From positions 1 through 64,000 of the forward strand of contig JAPMXV010000046.1 of assembly GCA_026936335.1 (NCBI GenBank): DNA of 64,000 nt. Reading direction: 5' to 3'. The stretch is from Mantamonas sphyraenae STR306. Its lineage: Eukaryota; Protista; CRuMs. Made by a program: the position numbers and the translations under genes. The notes under the pieces are model-generated. The model was not told the origin of the DNA, searched no databases, and saw nothing but the letters and a program-made list of their open reading frames with translations. This document shows positions 19,832 through 32,232 of this stretch, one piece after another; the first letter of the stretch is position 1, and each line of letters begins with the position of its first letter.

Positions 19832-20550
19832 ATGCGCACCTCTGTGTCCATTGCCGTCACCCTCTGCATGCTCGTGGTCCTTGCTGCGGCCACCTGCCCG
19901 ACCCCGCCCACTGTCCAGGACGCCAATCTCGCCGACTTTTTCAGTGGCCGCTGGTACGAGCTTGCCAACGCCATTGACAGCAGGCGAACCATCGAAAGTG
20001 GTATGTGGCCCACCCGGAGCTTTTTCCGAATCAGATCCAAATTTTGCGAACGGCGACTTTTGCTCACCCCGCCCCCCCTTTCCCCATCCCACCCGTCGCG
20101 CCCCTTTCCTAAACCCCCCCACCCCCACCAGATCTCGTGTGCTCCACCGCAAACTACACCCTCGATGCCTCCACAGGCCTCGTCCGCATTCTCAACGAAG
20201 GCCGTGTCGGCAGTGTCAACGGGACCTACAAGCGTGCCCACCTCAAGGGCAAGCAGGTTGCCCCAGGCAAGTTTGAGGTCTTTACAATCCCCGAGATCAC
20301 CAGCCCGCTCTGGCTCCTCCAGCTCTATGGCGAGGCCAGCAATGGCTACGACGCTGCCGTCGTCTACGCCTGCATCGACCCGCTCGGTCTGCTCCAGTAC
20401 GAAAACATGTGGGTGCTCAGCCGTACCACCTCCCTCCCTTCCAACCTCTCCTTCGACGAGATCTACGCCGCCGCCGCAAAGATGGGCATCGACGTCGACC
20501 ACCTCCAGATGAAGCCCGAGGTCCAGGGTCCCGACTGCGACTACCAGTGA
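19832..20550 (+). CDS. Secreted lipocalin (apolipoprotein D/Blc-like)
   Basis: Signal peptide, F-SGRWYE SCR1 motif, C..ANY, WVLSR SCR3. Intron 20001-20131 joins the frames. Confidence 0.9.
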
Positions 20551-20568
20551 TCCAGAAACAGTCATACA

Positions 20569-21429
20569 TCACTTTCCTCCCCCACACACCAGACACCCTT
20601 CCTTCACCTCGCCCACCCACGAGTCCATGCTAAAGTTCAGCATGTAGAAAAACACCCGCGACGGAATCTCGTCGCTCGCCCCCATCACGTACTCGTTCAT
20701 GATTGCGCTCATCAGATGCGCACACATTGCACAGCTGTACACACAGCTGCCGCCTTCCCGCCCCATGTCCTCAATCTGCAGATCACGAGGCAAAAAGTCC
20801 AGCTTTTCCAGCTCCATGATCTTCCCTTGGCTCATCTTGCTCATCACCTCCTCCTCCAACGTGTCCGTCTGGCACCCAAAGCACGGTCCCTCATTCGGCT
20901 TCTGGAACAGCACTCCGCACATGTGTCCCGAAGACGGCTCCGTGCCTCCGTCCACCAACGGCACCCCGAGCTCCCGCGCCAGCAGCGCCAGCGCCCCGGT
21001 AAAGTGATCACTAAAGTCAATCGAGTTGAAGATGCACGTCACGTCCTCCTTGGCCAGCCCAACCAGCCGCTGCCACTCCTCGCACGCGTTGCTCACCTCC
21101 ACGTCCACAATCTCCGTCTGCAGGTTGTGCAGTGACTCCAGCGTCTCGATTGCACTCTTCACCTTGCTCTTCCCAATCATCGACTTGTTGTACAGAATCT
21201 GCCGGTTCAGGTTGTGGTCGTCCACCACGTCCATGTCGATCAAGTAGATCTTTTTGTATCCCAGCCGGCAGCAGTTCTGCGCAATCGTCGTACCCAGTCC
21301 TCCCACCCCAAAGATCATCGCCACCTGTTTCTCCACCGCCTCCTTGTTCCACACGCTCGTATTGTTCTGTCGCTTGAAAAAATCAAACCCAACGCCCTCC
21401 GTCCCTTCTTGCTGCTGCTCAACGCTCAT
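20569..21429 (-). CDS. ThiF/MoeB/E1-like adenylating enzyme
   Basis: GVGGLG, DMDVVDDHNLNRQ, and CFGC/CLVC Zn pairs. Likely start MSVEQQ at 21429. Confidence 0.9.
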   Translation of the reverse strand: MSVEQQQEGTEGVGFDFFKRQNNTSVWNKEAVEKQVAMIFGVGGLGTTIAQNCCRLGYKKIYLIDMDVVDDHNLNRQILYNKSMIGKSKVKSAIETLESLHNLQTEIVDVEVSNACEEWQRLVGLAKEDVTCIFNSIDFSDHFTGALALLARELGVPLVDGGTEPSSGHMCGVLFQKPNEGPCFGCQTDTLEEEVMSKMSQGKIMELEKLDFLPRDLQIEDMGREGGSCVYSCAMCAHLMSAIMNEYVMGASDEIPSRVFFYMLNFSMDSWVGEVKEGCLVCGGGK

Positions 21430-21783
21430 GCTGCGCACAACCGATCCACACCCAAAACACAACCCAGCCCCGGCCAGCAATAAAGGAAAACACACCCCCA
21501 AAACACACGTGTCAGTTCCCAACCCGCACTTCTTCCACGCCATTTCCCCAAACTTCCCTCTCTCACCCCGCCGTGCTCGCAAACCCACCCCACCCACTGC
21601 CCACCTTCAAACCCCCATTCCTCTCCACAGCCCCCATCCACCCTTGCCTCACCCCCGCTCCCCCAAGCCCCTCTCTCCACCACGCCCCACGTCACCACTC
21701 CCTTCTCTCTCCTTCGCGCACCTTCTTTGCTTGCTGTAACCGTGGCTCCTCCAGCGCACCCACTCCATCCACGCCCAACAGCC

Positions 21784-23202
21784 ATGGCCAACCTCTGCTT
21801 CGTGTCCACTTTGGTTGTCATCCTCGCCCTCGTCTCCATACAGCGCATCTACCCGTCTGGCGAACTCTACCAGCAACACGCTGGCCGCTTCCGCGACTGG
21901 AGCCGCTTTCACAAATGGAAGCCCGAGTACACCCACTTTCCCTCCACACTCGACGAAATCACAAACCTCGTCAAGAACGCCGGCTACAACAAGCAGCGCA
22001 TCCGCGTCATTGGCGCCGGCCACTCCTGGAACGGTAACCAGGTCTCAGACTCCGTCCAGATCTCCCTCGACGACTACAACGCCGTCCTCCACGTCGACAA
22101 CACCACCCGTCTCGCACACGTCCAGGCTGGCATCCGCCTCAAGCATCTCACCCGCGCCCTCAACCGCCACGGCCTCGCCATGTGCACCCTCGGCTCCGTC
22201 TCCCACCAGAGCATCGCTGGCGCCATCTCCACCGCCACCCATGGCACAGGCTCCACCGTTCAGAACATCCCTTCTTTCGTCGAGCACCTTCAGCTCGTCA
22301 CTGCCTCCGGCGATGTCCTTGAGCTCGACAAGTCCCACAAGGACTTTCCCGCCGCCCTCGTTGCATTTGGCACTGCTGGCATCATCACAGAGGTGAAGCT
22401 CCGTGTCTGCGACCGTTTTCGCCTCAAAAACACAGAACGATCCACAAACTTCACCTGGATCATGGACAACTGGGACTACGTACGACACGCCGCACAACAC
22501 GTCAAGCTCTGGATTCTCCCGCACACAAACGGCCACACACAGCTCTACATGTACAACCGCACCACACAGCCCGCAAACGTACCCCATCCCATCGTCGACT
22601 GGTTCACAGAGGAGTTTCTCGGCCAGCACGTTGCCCAGTTCCTCATGCACATCTCCCAGTCCAACCCCTGGCTCGGATTCAAGCTCAACAAGCTCCAAGC
22701 CCTCCTTGGTTTCTCAGACCGCGAGCGCATCGACGAGTCCCACCGCATCTTCAACGTGCCCGTCCACATTCGCCGCCATCGCGAAATGGAGTACGCCCTG
22801 CCCATTCACAAGTGCAAGGACACCCTGCGCACCCTCGTCGAGTGGCTCGAGGACTCTCCCAACAACGACAACCTCTTTGTCAACTTTCCCATCGAGGTTC
22901 GCTTCGTCAAGGCCGACAACATCTGGATGAGCCCCGTCTACAAGCAGGACTCCTGCTACATTGGCGTCATGATGTACATGCGCGATCAAGAGTATCTTCG
23001 CTACCGCCGCTTCGCAGAGCCCCTCCTCCTCGCCGCCGGAGGCAGGCCCCACTGGGGCAAGATCTTTGACATCCGCGGCCCCGACCTCATCAACCGCTAC
23101 CCGCGCGGCCAAGACTTTCTCGCCACCATCCAACGCCTCGACCCGCACGGCATCTTCCGCAACGACTGGGCCAACTCTGTCCTCGGCCTCGAATCCTCGT
23201 GA
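21784..23202 (+). CDS. L-gulonolactone/D-arabinono-1,4-lactone oxidase family flavoprotein
   Basis: GAGHS (FAD-linking His), SIAGAISTATHG, EMEYA, FPIEVRFV, GRPHWGK; hydrophobic N-terminus. Confidence 0.93.
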   Translation: MANLCFVSTLVVILALVSIQRIYPSGELYQQHAGRFRDWSRFHKWKPEYTHFPSTLDEITNLVKNAGYNKQRIRVIGAGHSWNGNQVSDSVQISLDDYNAVLHVDNTTRLAHVQAGIRLKHLTRALNRHGLAMCTLGSVSHQSIAGAISTATHGTGSTVQNIPSFVEHLQLVTASGDVLELDKSHKDFPAALVAFGTAGIITEVKLRVCDRFRLKNTERSTNFTWIMDNWDYVRHAAQHVKLWILPHTNGHTQLYMYNRTTQPANVPHPIVDWFTEEFLGQHVAQFLMHISQSNPWLGFKLNKLQALLGFSDRERIDESHRIFNVPVHIRRHREMEYALPIHKCKDTLRTLVEWLEDSPNNDNLFVNFPIEVRFVKADNIWMSPVYKQDSCYIGVMMYMRDQEYLRYRRFAEPLLLAAGGRPHWGKIFDIRGPDLINRYPRGQDFLATIQRLDPHGIFRNDWANSVLGLESS

Positions 23203-23235
23203 TTCCTCGTCCGCAAAAAGCACAGCTGCACCCCT

Positions 23236-23445
23236 TCATCCCATTTTCCCAACACTTCCCGCCCCAATCACCTTCCACGTGTCCTTCCACACACGCGACA
23301 GGCTCAAATACACACGCAACCGAGGTTGCAGCAACTCGCATATCTCTTCCGTCGCATCCACCACCAGCCTCTGCCCGCGCTTGTCTTCCAGCGTCTCCAA
23401 CAGCTCCATCATAAACGCGTCCTCCTCCACCTTCCCAGCCCCCGA

Positions 23446-23483
<38 letters not shown>

Positions 23484-24359
23484 TACATGCTTTAACCCGC
23501 CCTTCTTGCCCGTTTCCTTCTCCCGGGCGTACACTATGTCTTCCCCCACAACCACAAACTCCTCATCCTCCACATGCACCTGGGCCACTACAAAGTATCC
23601 CTCTCTCGTCTCGTTGTTTGAAAACTCCAGGTACGGCCTGTTGCGCTCGCCCAGCTCTTGCAGCATCGCCTGCAGGTCCTGCTGCCTCGGAAGATGCGCA
23701 AGATTGAACGCCACGCTCTGCACACAATCCGCCAGTACCTCTCCGCTCACCCACGCCATCACCTCGTCTTGTTGCTGCAGCCACTCCAGCAGTGCGTACA
23801 TCACCATCACGCTCTGCTCCATAAGGCCCGAGCCTACAAGCACTTTGTTCGGCAGGTAGTATTCGCAAAACACAAGCACCAGCAGCGGCAAATGCTCCGC
23901 CCCACACGTCGCCAGAAACCCGTCACTGTCGTCCAATTGCCCTTGTTCCTCCGTATCCAGCCCGATCTCCTTCCCCTCCATTCCACTTGCTGCCAGCGAC
24001 GCCAGCAGGTGTTGTCGCCCCACCCCCACACAGCACGCCGGAAACATCACCGACAACACTGCCGACAGCATTTCCTCCTCTGCATCTTCCGTTGCTGTGT
24101 CTCCGGCTTCCTCTGCCCCTGCCTGCTCGCGCACATGCTCTCCAAACGCCCCTAGTGCCTCCGCCACGCTCACTCCGCTCGCATTGAGCCGCCCACCCTC
24201 CTCCCCGCCCCGTGTCGACAACGATGCCTCCACCATCGACACCAGCCGCATCTGCATCCCCTCGTCCAGGCTTTCCGTCTCAAACTCATACTCTGGCAGC
24301 TCTGCCATCTGCTTCCTCTCCGCCCGCCCTTTAGCCTCCAGGCCGTCTTCCAAGTCCAT
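23236..24359 (-). CDS. Hypothetical protein; frame break or short intron near 23431-23486
   Basis: ORF 23409-24359 has acidic, globular-looking sequence. A protein-like continuation lies in ORF 23236-23430. Confidence 0.6.
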
Positions 24360-24650
24360 CCTTTGGTCCCTCCCGCGCGACCCTCCTTGACCTCACCCAC
24401 AACTTTGCAACCCCGTCTTCCCCGTCCCCGTTTCACTCGGCACGACTCAGGCTCAGGTGCGAAAAACGACACCTTCCACCTTTTTCCTCAAACTCGCTGA
24501 CCAACTGTCCACAATCCACTTTGCATCTTCATTGCTTCCCTCCGTACCCTCTCCAACCGTTCCTCGTTTCTTATTGTCGTCTCACGCCCCGTTCGCCTTG
24601 CTGCGGCACTCCACGCGGCATTTTCCCTGTCCCTTCCCCCTTTGTCCCGT

Positions 24651-25305
24651 TCACAGCAACACACATCGACATCCCTGCCCTGCCCCATCTCCTCCCCTTC
24701 CCTGTCCGCCCGCACCACCTGTTCCATTGCCACCACCACCCCCCTGGCGCCCTCCTCCTCCGCCCCTCCTGCCTCCTTGTTGCTTCCCGCTCGACGCCTT
24801 TCCTATTGACAAGTGCATCGACACAGGCTGAATCTGCATGTTGATATCCATATCTGTCGCACGAAACCCACCACCCCACTCTGCGTCAGCCCGCCTGGTT
24901 CCGTTCCAATTCCCTTCCTTCCCATCTCCTTCCCTCTTCCCCCCCCCGTCCACACCTGCGCCCGCAATCGTGCCTTCTCTACAACCCTTGTATCCTTCCT
25001 CTGCTTTCCTACCTTTCAGCATCGTCTCGTCCTCCAGAAAGCGGCCCCTGTAAATCACTCGGATTTGCTCCGTCGACTCCACCGGCATCCCTGCGCTAAC
25101 CCTCCTCTGCGTCAGCCCCTGTGCCCTCCTCCCCATCTTCTCTCATTTCCACGCTCGCCGACTCGCCTTCTTCTCCCGCCCTCTCTTTCCACGTCGAAAA
25201 CACAAACGCTCTCAGAGCCGCCACGTTCGTTGCATCCAGGTCGAAATCGCCCCCAAACTCCTCCTTGCCTGGCTGCAAGAAGCGCACCGCAAGCGTGTTG
25301 GACAT
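24651..25305 (-). CDS. Membrane-anchored ubiquitin-fold protein (MUB/UBL3 family)
   Basis: Three exons (25305-25167, 25090-25013, 24853-24651). IRVIYRGRFLED..L, MHL, Gly-rich linker, C-terminal CaaX CRCVLL. Confidence 0.85.
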
Positions 25306-25500
25306 TCGGCTGTACTTGCGACTCGTGATCTTGCTGGGATGGCTGCAAACGCTTGGCCCACCCAACGCGCACCCCGCTCTCTCACACCACGCTCCACCAC
25401 TCCCATCCTCAACAACACCTGCTTCCCTTGCCCTTGGGCGAGAAAGGATGGTTTTTGGCGGGAGACTCACCCCCCCCTCCTCCCCCAGCCCACCCAACCC

Positions 25501-28500
25501 ATGTCTTCCAGTAGCTCTGCAGGTTCCAGCTCCTTGTCCGACGGCATCCAGCGTCAGCAGGGGCTCATGGTACGCTGTCCACAAGCCTCTCCCTCATTCT
25601 CTTGACTCCTACTTACCACCTTCCACCCCACTCTCTTTTCAACCTCCCCCGTTTCCCTCCCCACAGCGTCAAGTAGCGCTCGTTCCCGCCGGCTGCCAAT
25701 TGTGGAACCCCAACGTCGTCGACACAGCCCACGGTCGCTTTGCCTACTGCTCCACCCTCGCCATCTACGTCTACGACAGCACCTCCTTTGAACTCCAACA
25801 CATCATTGCTGCCCACGAAAAGATCATCATGGGCATCTGCTGGTCTGTTCTCGCGACTTCTCCTCCCCCCCATTTCCCGCGTTCTCACTTTGCACACTCT
25901 ACCTCTCATGTCTCTTCCCCTTCCTCTCCGCCCCCCTCCTCCCCTCACACGGCCCACTGCTCCCTTTCACACGCATTCAGGTCTCCCTTTGATCCCGATC
26001 TGCTCGTCACCGTCTCCTTGGACTGTTCCTGCGTCGTTTGGCGCCTCAGCGACGAATCCGCACTCCACACCTTCCACACAAACGACTACCCAGTCAGCGT
26101 CGACTGGTGCCCCTCCTCCGACAGCCTCATTGCCATCGGAACAGACAGAGGCACTGTCCATCTTTGGAACTACCTCACGACGAGAACACCACTGTGCGCG
26201 ACAGTTCCTCCCGCGCCCTCGAGGCTGTCCGCTGGAACCCCAAGGTCTCTGGCCTCCTCGCCTGTGGTCTCAAGGACGGCTCTGTTTCCATGCTCACCAG
26301 CAAGCGCATGCGAAAGACGGGCTTCAAGGCCTCTGGCGCCGTCGTCGACATTCGTTGGGACCCGCTCTCAGACAACTACTTCCTCGTCGGTGCCGACGAC
26401 GGAGGCATGTGGCTGGTTGACTACGACACAGGCAACGCCATGACCACCTTTGATCTCCAGCCCGGTGGCCTGCGTTCCCTCGCCTGGCACCCGTCCGTTC
26501 CGGGCCAGTTTCTCACCACCGAGGATCGAACGGGCGTCGTCAAGTACTGGAACGTCGCTTCTTCCACACCCGTTGATTCCTTCAAGATCACTCGCTCCGG
26601 TTTCCGCAACCTCCGTTTTCTTGACAAACAGCACCAAGCTCTCTGCACCTTTCAGGACGGCTCCGTCGGTGTCTACAATCTCCAGGCACGCAAATTCGAC
26701 TATCAGCCCCAGAGTGGCCACTGCGAAACCATCTTTGACTGCCGCTTCAAGCCCACGTAAGTCCTCCCACCTCTCTTTTCCCGCCTCACCCGCTCCCCAC
26801 CCACTAACTTCCTCCTCTTCCCATCCACCCAGCAATCCAAACATCCTTGCTACCGGATCCTACGACGGCTCCGTCAAGGTGTGGGACATCGCCCGCATGG
26901 AGTGCTTGGTCGACCTCCATGGCGCTGAAGGCATCATCTATGCCGTCGAGTGGCATCCCGAGTCCGATCTCCTCGCCGCATGCACTTCCGAAGCCATGAT
27001 CTACATCTGGGACACCTCTCGTGGCTCCCTCAAGGTCAAGTACAACGCCCACACGTCTGCCATCTTCCGCCTCAGTTGGCACGACAACGGCAAGTGGCTT
27101 GCCTCCTCTTCCAAGGATGGCACTCTCGTCGTCACAGACATCAACGACCAGTCCAACGTCTACTGCATCAAAACTGCACGCGAGCTCTACGGCAACGCCT
27201 GGAGCCCCTTCCACCAGAACCGCATTGCCGCAGCCTGCTCCGACGGCGTCATCCGCGTCTACGACCTCGACCTCGGCACCGCATGCACATTCACTCTCAA
27301 AGCACACCGCAAGCGCTGCTTCCAGGTCGTCTATTCACCCCTCCTTCCTGACGTTCTCGCCACCGGCTGCGACGACAACACCATTTCCGTCTGGAACGTC
27401 GCCGCAAACGTCAAGAAGCCCATGCAGCTGCTCCAAGGACACACCTCAAAGGTGCGAGCCCTTGTGTTTTCCCCCGAGCTCCCTCATATCCTCCTCTCCG
27501 GTTCCTGGGACGGCACCATCCGCGTCTGGGATATCTACGACGGCTCCTGCCTCCAGGTCCTCCACGACCACCACGCCGACGTCTACGGCCTCACTTGCCA
27601 TCCCATGCGTCCTTTCGTCTTTGCCTCCTCCAGCAGAGACACATCTCTTCGTGTCTGGTCCCTGGAGTCCCTTGTCGCACCTCTCAAGGTCGACATCCTC
27701 ACCACCCAGCGCTGGACGTCGTCCCTTGGCCAAGCCGAAGACGTTTTTGCCAACCACGACGTCAAGCTTTGCGGCATCGCCGCCTCTCAGGCCGCTCAGG
27801 AGTACGAGGCCGCTTCCACTCTCGCCGACAAGTTCCAAACCCTCTTTGCATTCTTCAGCCCTCCTCACGGCACGGTCAATCTCTGGGATCTTGCTGTCGC
27901 CGAAGCAAAGCGCTCCTGTGAGCCTGTCGACGGTCCCATCCAATTTGTTGAGCAGATTGGCACCCAAAAGGAAACCACTGTCGATGCCAAGCTCAAAGCA
28001 CGTGGCATCGGCCGTGGCAAAAAGGCCGACCGTCTCCGCGCCGCTGCCGAAGGCTACCTCCAACTCGGTAAGATGCGCGAATTCTGTGACATCATGTGTG
28101 ACCTGGACGAGTGGGACAAGGCCATCAGCTTCGCCCCAGCCGTGTCCCTCGACTACTGGCGTGAACTCTGTGCTCGCCGCGGCGAGCTCCTCAGCCAGGC
28201 CGAGGATCCACAGGCCGCCCAGTACTACCTCGCCAGCGGCCAGCCGTCCAAGCTCCTCGAATTTCACCTTGATCGCGCCGAGTACAACGACGCCCTCTTT
28301 GTCGCCCAAAGCATCCAAGAAGGACGCTATTCGTCCGCGTCCTCCTCCTCCTCGTCCTCCTCGTCCTCCACAACCACAAACACTACCAACACCACCAACG
28401 CCTCGGTCTCCTCTGTCATCGAACATCTTGTCCAACACTACTACGCTCGCTCGCTACCCCTCCACGCTGCCTGCGTCTATCTCTCCAACCACGACGTGCC

Positions 28501-29551
28501 CAACGCCGTCCGCGTCCTCCAACAAGGCTCGGAAATCGAAATGGCCTACGCCCTCGCCACCTCCCACAGCCTCCCTGGCCATCTTTACCTCTTTGAGGCG
28601 TTTTCTCTCCACTGCGAGGCGCGTGGCCTCTGGAAACAGGCCATCGATGCCATGCAGCAGCTGCCCGACGCAGGCATGAAGGTCATGGAAGTGTGTGCAC
28701 GTGTCAGCCAAGGCGGCAACGTTGCCCTGTCCGAAGCCCTCGACTACGCCTCCCTCCGCACTGCCTCCTCCTTCGGCGACGTCGCACAGCCCACGCTCAA
28801 GGAAGGGCGAATTGCACGCGGCGTCATGTACCTCATTCTCAGCGGAGACAGCGCCGAGGCAGTCAAAGTAGGCGTCAACGCACTGGTCGAGCGTATGAGC
28901 GCCAACCAGACCGGCTTTGATGAGGCAGAGGCCCTCGACATTGTACATGCCCTGCACTGCGTCTCTACAGACGCTCTCGACGGCCACCCCAAGCGCAAGC
29001 AATTCTATGCCCTCATGGCCTACTTTGCCTGCGTAAAGGCCGTGGACAAGGGCTTCACTTCCATTCTCATGACTGCGCGCAACCATTTTGCAACTCTGGC
29101 CGCAGATGTCCTCTTTCCCGTCCCGCCCGTTCTCATTGACCTGCGCGCTGCCGAGCTCGCCCTTGAGGTCCGCTCACCAGACCTCGCTCGATGGAGCTCC
29201 ATCCTGCAGGACGCCGCTCTGTCCTCCTTTGTCGACTCCGACCTCCAGGAACGAGCCACCCTCCTCAACGCGCGCATTGTCCGGGCCATCGGCGAAATCG
29301 GTCACGCCATCGATCCCACATACGCCCGCTTTGCCGCCTCCCACCACATCACAGTCCGTGGCGCCCACCTGCCCGCAAGCACGAACCGCATGTATCCGGT
29401 CACCTCCATGGTCACCAACAACGCCATCAAGGGCCCAACGTTTCTACTCGAAGACGGCAAGACGGCCATGAGTCTCGCTGAAGCCCTCATGTGGCGATCC
29501 ATCAACGCATTTTCCCCTCTTGCGTCAGGACAGCGAATGAATCCTTTCTGA
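25501..29551 (+). CDS. WDR17: WD repeat protein 17
   Basis: RQVALVPAGCQLWN..RFAYCSTLAIY N-terminus, GHCETIFDCRFKP, many WD40 repeats, SPLASGQRMNPF end. Introns 25570-25666, 25843-25980, 26757-26832; one-base frame break near 26175. Confidence 0.92.
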
Positions 29552-29557
29552 GGACCT

Positions 29558-31174
29558 TCATTCCAGCGAGTCTTCTTTCTCCACCATCCCGCCCACGCCA
29601 CGCGATCGTTCTCCCCAGCTCAGACACTCGGCCAGTTTGCTGAACCAGTCTGCTGTTTCGTTGTTGGGAGCAATGCACGGCACAGGCATCGTCGACATGC
29701 GCACCACCACAGAGTCTGTCCGTCGCAGACTCATCCTTCCACGGCCGTCAAACGACACTGTTGCGTCATCTGCTCGCGAGTCCTTGGACAAACGGATCCT
29801 CAGTTCGATGTCATCGGGCAGCACAATCGGTCGAAACGCAAGCGAGTGCGCGCAGATCGGTGTCAGCAGTATTCCTGGCACACTTGGGTGCAGAATCGCC
29901 CCTCCAGCACTCAACGAGTATGCCGTCGAGCCTGTGGCACTCGACACAATCATTCCGTCCGCTTGGAAGTTGGTGATAAAGTGGTTGTCGCACATAAAGT
30001 CAAAGCTGCTCATGATGGGGTTTGTCCCGCGATCAATGACGATTTCGTTCAGCGCAAGTACACGTGACCCAGCCACAACCTCCCCGTCGGCATTCTCCAC
30101 ATGGCAGCTCAGCCGTGAACGCAGCGAAATGTAAAACTGGTCTTCCAGCACGCGCGTCAAATCCCTCCTGTAGTTCACAAACTCAAACGACGTCATGAAG
30201 CCCAGCGTGCCCAGATTGAACGCGATCACTGGCGGCATGTACTTTGTAAACAGCGACGACGCGTGCAGCACTGTCCCGTCTCCGCCCATCGTCACAATCA
30301 AGTCCACGCGTTCGTGCATCGACGCAAGTTCCTCCGCGTCAAACGCCCGCAGCTGCGGGTGCTGTTCAGCAATCCCTGGCTCAATCAGCACCGTCATGCC
30401 CATTTCCTCCTGCAGCCAATCAGCAACCTCGTCCATCAACCCTGCGATCCGCTCCTCCAGCTTGCGCACAAGCAGCACCGTTGTCGGCGGCGACTCCCAC
30501 ACAAGGTGCATCTTGGAGTTGGTATAGTGTGTGCGGATCATCGCATCCAGCACCGTCTCACTCCACTCAAGCTCCGGATCGCTGCGAATCAGCTTAAACG
30601 GAGCCTTGGTTGGTGTGGAGGATGAAGACGCCGCGCTCGAGCTCGACCCAGAACGAACCACCCGCTGTACGCTTGGCGGCGACCACGCTCCTCCTCCACC
30701 ACCACCACCACCACCACCACCACTATTACCACCTCCTCCTTCTGCAATCTCTTGAGGTGGCCCTTCCTCCACGATCACAAACTCCTCACGGACACCACTT
30801 TCCCCTCTCCCACTGCTGCTACCCCCAGCTTCTCCAACTCCTCCTCCTCCCCATCGGCCATTTCCCCCGCCCCTCCCTCGCAAAAATACTGTGTAGCCTC
30901 GCTGCTCCGTGCCCGCGCCGGTCTCTCCGACTTCTCCAGAACGCTCTAGGACGAATCCATCGCTCGCCGAGTCCTTCAGCTCGGTGCGCACGTCGCTTGA
31001 CAACGGCCACACCACTCCTTCCTCGTCACACAGCTCCATTTCGTCGATATCCACGCCAAAGAACCGCGTTGCCTCTCGCAGCAGCTGTCGAAAGGTAAGA
31101 TTCGACACCAACCGGAACGCTTGTGTTTCCTCGCCAAACTCCACGTACACCCGCTTCTGTTTCCTTCGCGCCAT
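29558..31174 (-). CDS. NADK: NAD(+) kinase with N-terminal ubiquitin/PB1-like extension
   Basis: GGDGT, LGTLGF, LNE, ADG...TGSTAYSLSAGG, TPICAHSLAFRP. Confidence 0.93.
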   Translation of the reverse strand: MARRKQKRVYVEFGEETQAFRLVSNLTFRQLLREATRFFGVDIDEMELCDEEGVVWPLSSDVRTELKDSASDGFVLERSGEVGETGAGTEQRGYTVFLRGRGGGNGRWGGGGVGEAGGSSSGRGESGVREEFVIVEEGPPQEIAEGGGGNSGGGGGGGGGGGAWSPPSVQRVVRSGSSSSAASSSSTPTKAPFKLIRSDPELEWSETVLDAMIRTHYTNSKMHLVWESPPTTVLLVRKLEERIAGLMDEVADWLQEEMGMTVLIEPGIAEQHPQLRAFDAEELASMHERVDLIVTMGGDGTVLHASSLFTKYMPPVIAFNLGTLGFMTSFEFVNYRRDLTRVLEDQFYISLRSRLSCHVENADGEVVAGSRVLALNEIVIDRGTNPIMSSFDFMCDNHFITNFQADGMIVSSATGSTAYSLSAGGAILHPSVPGILLTPICAHSLAFRPIVLPDDIELRIRLSKDSRADDATVSFDGRGRMSLRRTDSVVVRMSTMPVPCIAPNNETADWFSKLAECLSWGERSRGVGGMVEKEDSLE

Positions 31175-31462
31175 TCCTCCCCACGGCTTCGGCGATTTGA
31201 CGTGCTGCACTCGTGCCCACGCGGCATCCCGTCCCGTCCCTTGTCAGTGTCTCCAGTCCGCGTCCAACGCCTCCCATCCCGGAATCCCGAAACTCACAAA
31301 CACCTCACCGCCCACACTACGGCTTTGTTGCAGTTCTCCCAGGACACCCAGCGTGTTTTCCTCGTCCTCATCCTCATCCTCAGTCCTTCCCCTCGCACCG
31401 GGCACGCTGATGGCCTTGCTAAGCGCCGATTCGCTCATGGCACCTCAAGAACACCAACAAAA

Positions 31463-32134
31463 ATGTTGGCAGACTGGGTGCAGGACCAACTCACCGACTT
31501 TGGCGTCGACAAAGACATGCAAGAGTATATCCTCGGCTTGCTCATCGAAGACGACGACGACCCTGCCTCCCTCGACCAGGACGTCCTTGACGAACGGGTC
31601 GCCACAGCGGCCGAGTTTGTCCAAGGCACCGTCGACCTCGACGACGACACAATGGCCACTTTTTCCTCGGCGCTCATGCAACACATGCAAGCACATGTGC
31701 GCAGCATGGAGAAACACGCTGAGCATGCCAAGAAGGAAGCACGTGCCGCCGAAAAGGCTGCCGCAGAGCAGCGCCGACTTGCTGCCCTCCAACAGCAGAA
31801 GGAGGAGAAGAAGGACGACACAAGCCTTGCAGAGAAGCGTCGCATTGCTCGCCTCGTCGAGAAATACTCATACGTGCCCGAAGACACTCTGGACGACGAG
31901 GGAAACATCATTGCCGCTGACGTCGACTCCTCCTCCTCCTCTACGGGCACAGGCGGCGTCAACGTCAACAAGCTCAACGCCCAGTTGGCCCAACAGCAGC
32001 AGCGGGACAACATGGCCAACAGCAAGGCCGACAAGCAGGCTGCACGAGAACAAACCAAGGAGCTGAAAGCCAAGAAGGAAGCCGCAAAGGCCAAGCGGCA
32101 GGCCAAGACAGCCCGCAAGGAGCGCAGGCGGTGA
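31463..32134 (+). CDS. CCDC43: CCDC43-like protein
   Basis: N-terminal PWI-like W..DQL..FGVD...EYILGLL, coiled coil, basic C-terminus ending KERRR. Confidence 0.75.
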   Translation: MLADWVQDQLTDFGVDKDMQEYILGLLIEDDDDPASLDQDVLDERVATAAEFVQGTVDLDDDTMATFSSALMQHMQAHVRSMEKHAEHAKKEARAAEKAAAEQRRLAALQQQKEEKKDDTSLAEKRRIARLVEKYSYVPEDTLDDEGNIIAADVDSSSSSTGTGGVNVNKLNAQLAQQQQRDNMANSKADKQAAREQTKELKAKKEAAKAKRQAKTARKERRR

Positions 32135-32232
32135 TCCAGACCCCAAATCCACAAAGGGCACAGTCGCAAGCAAGCATTCCCTCCCCTCGAATTCACTGTA
32201 ATCGCACCCGTGCGTCCAATCCAACGACCCCG

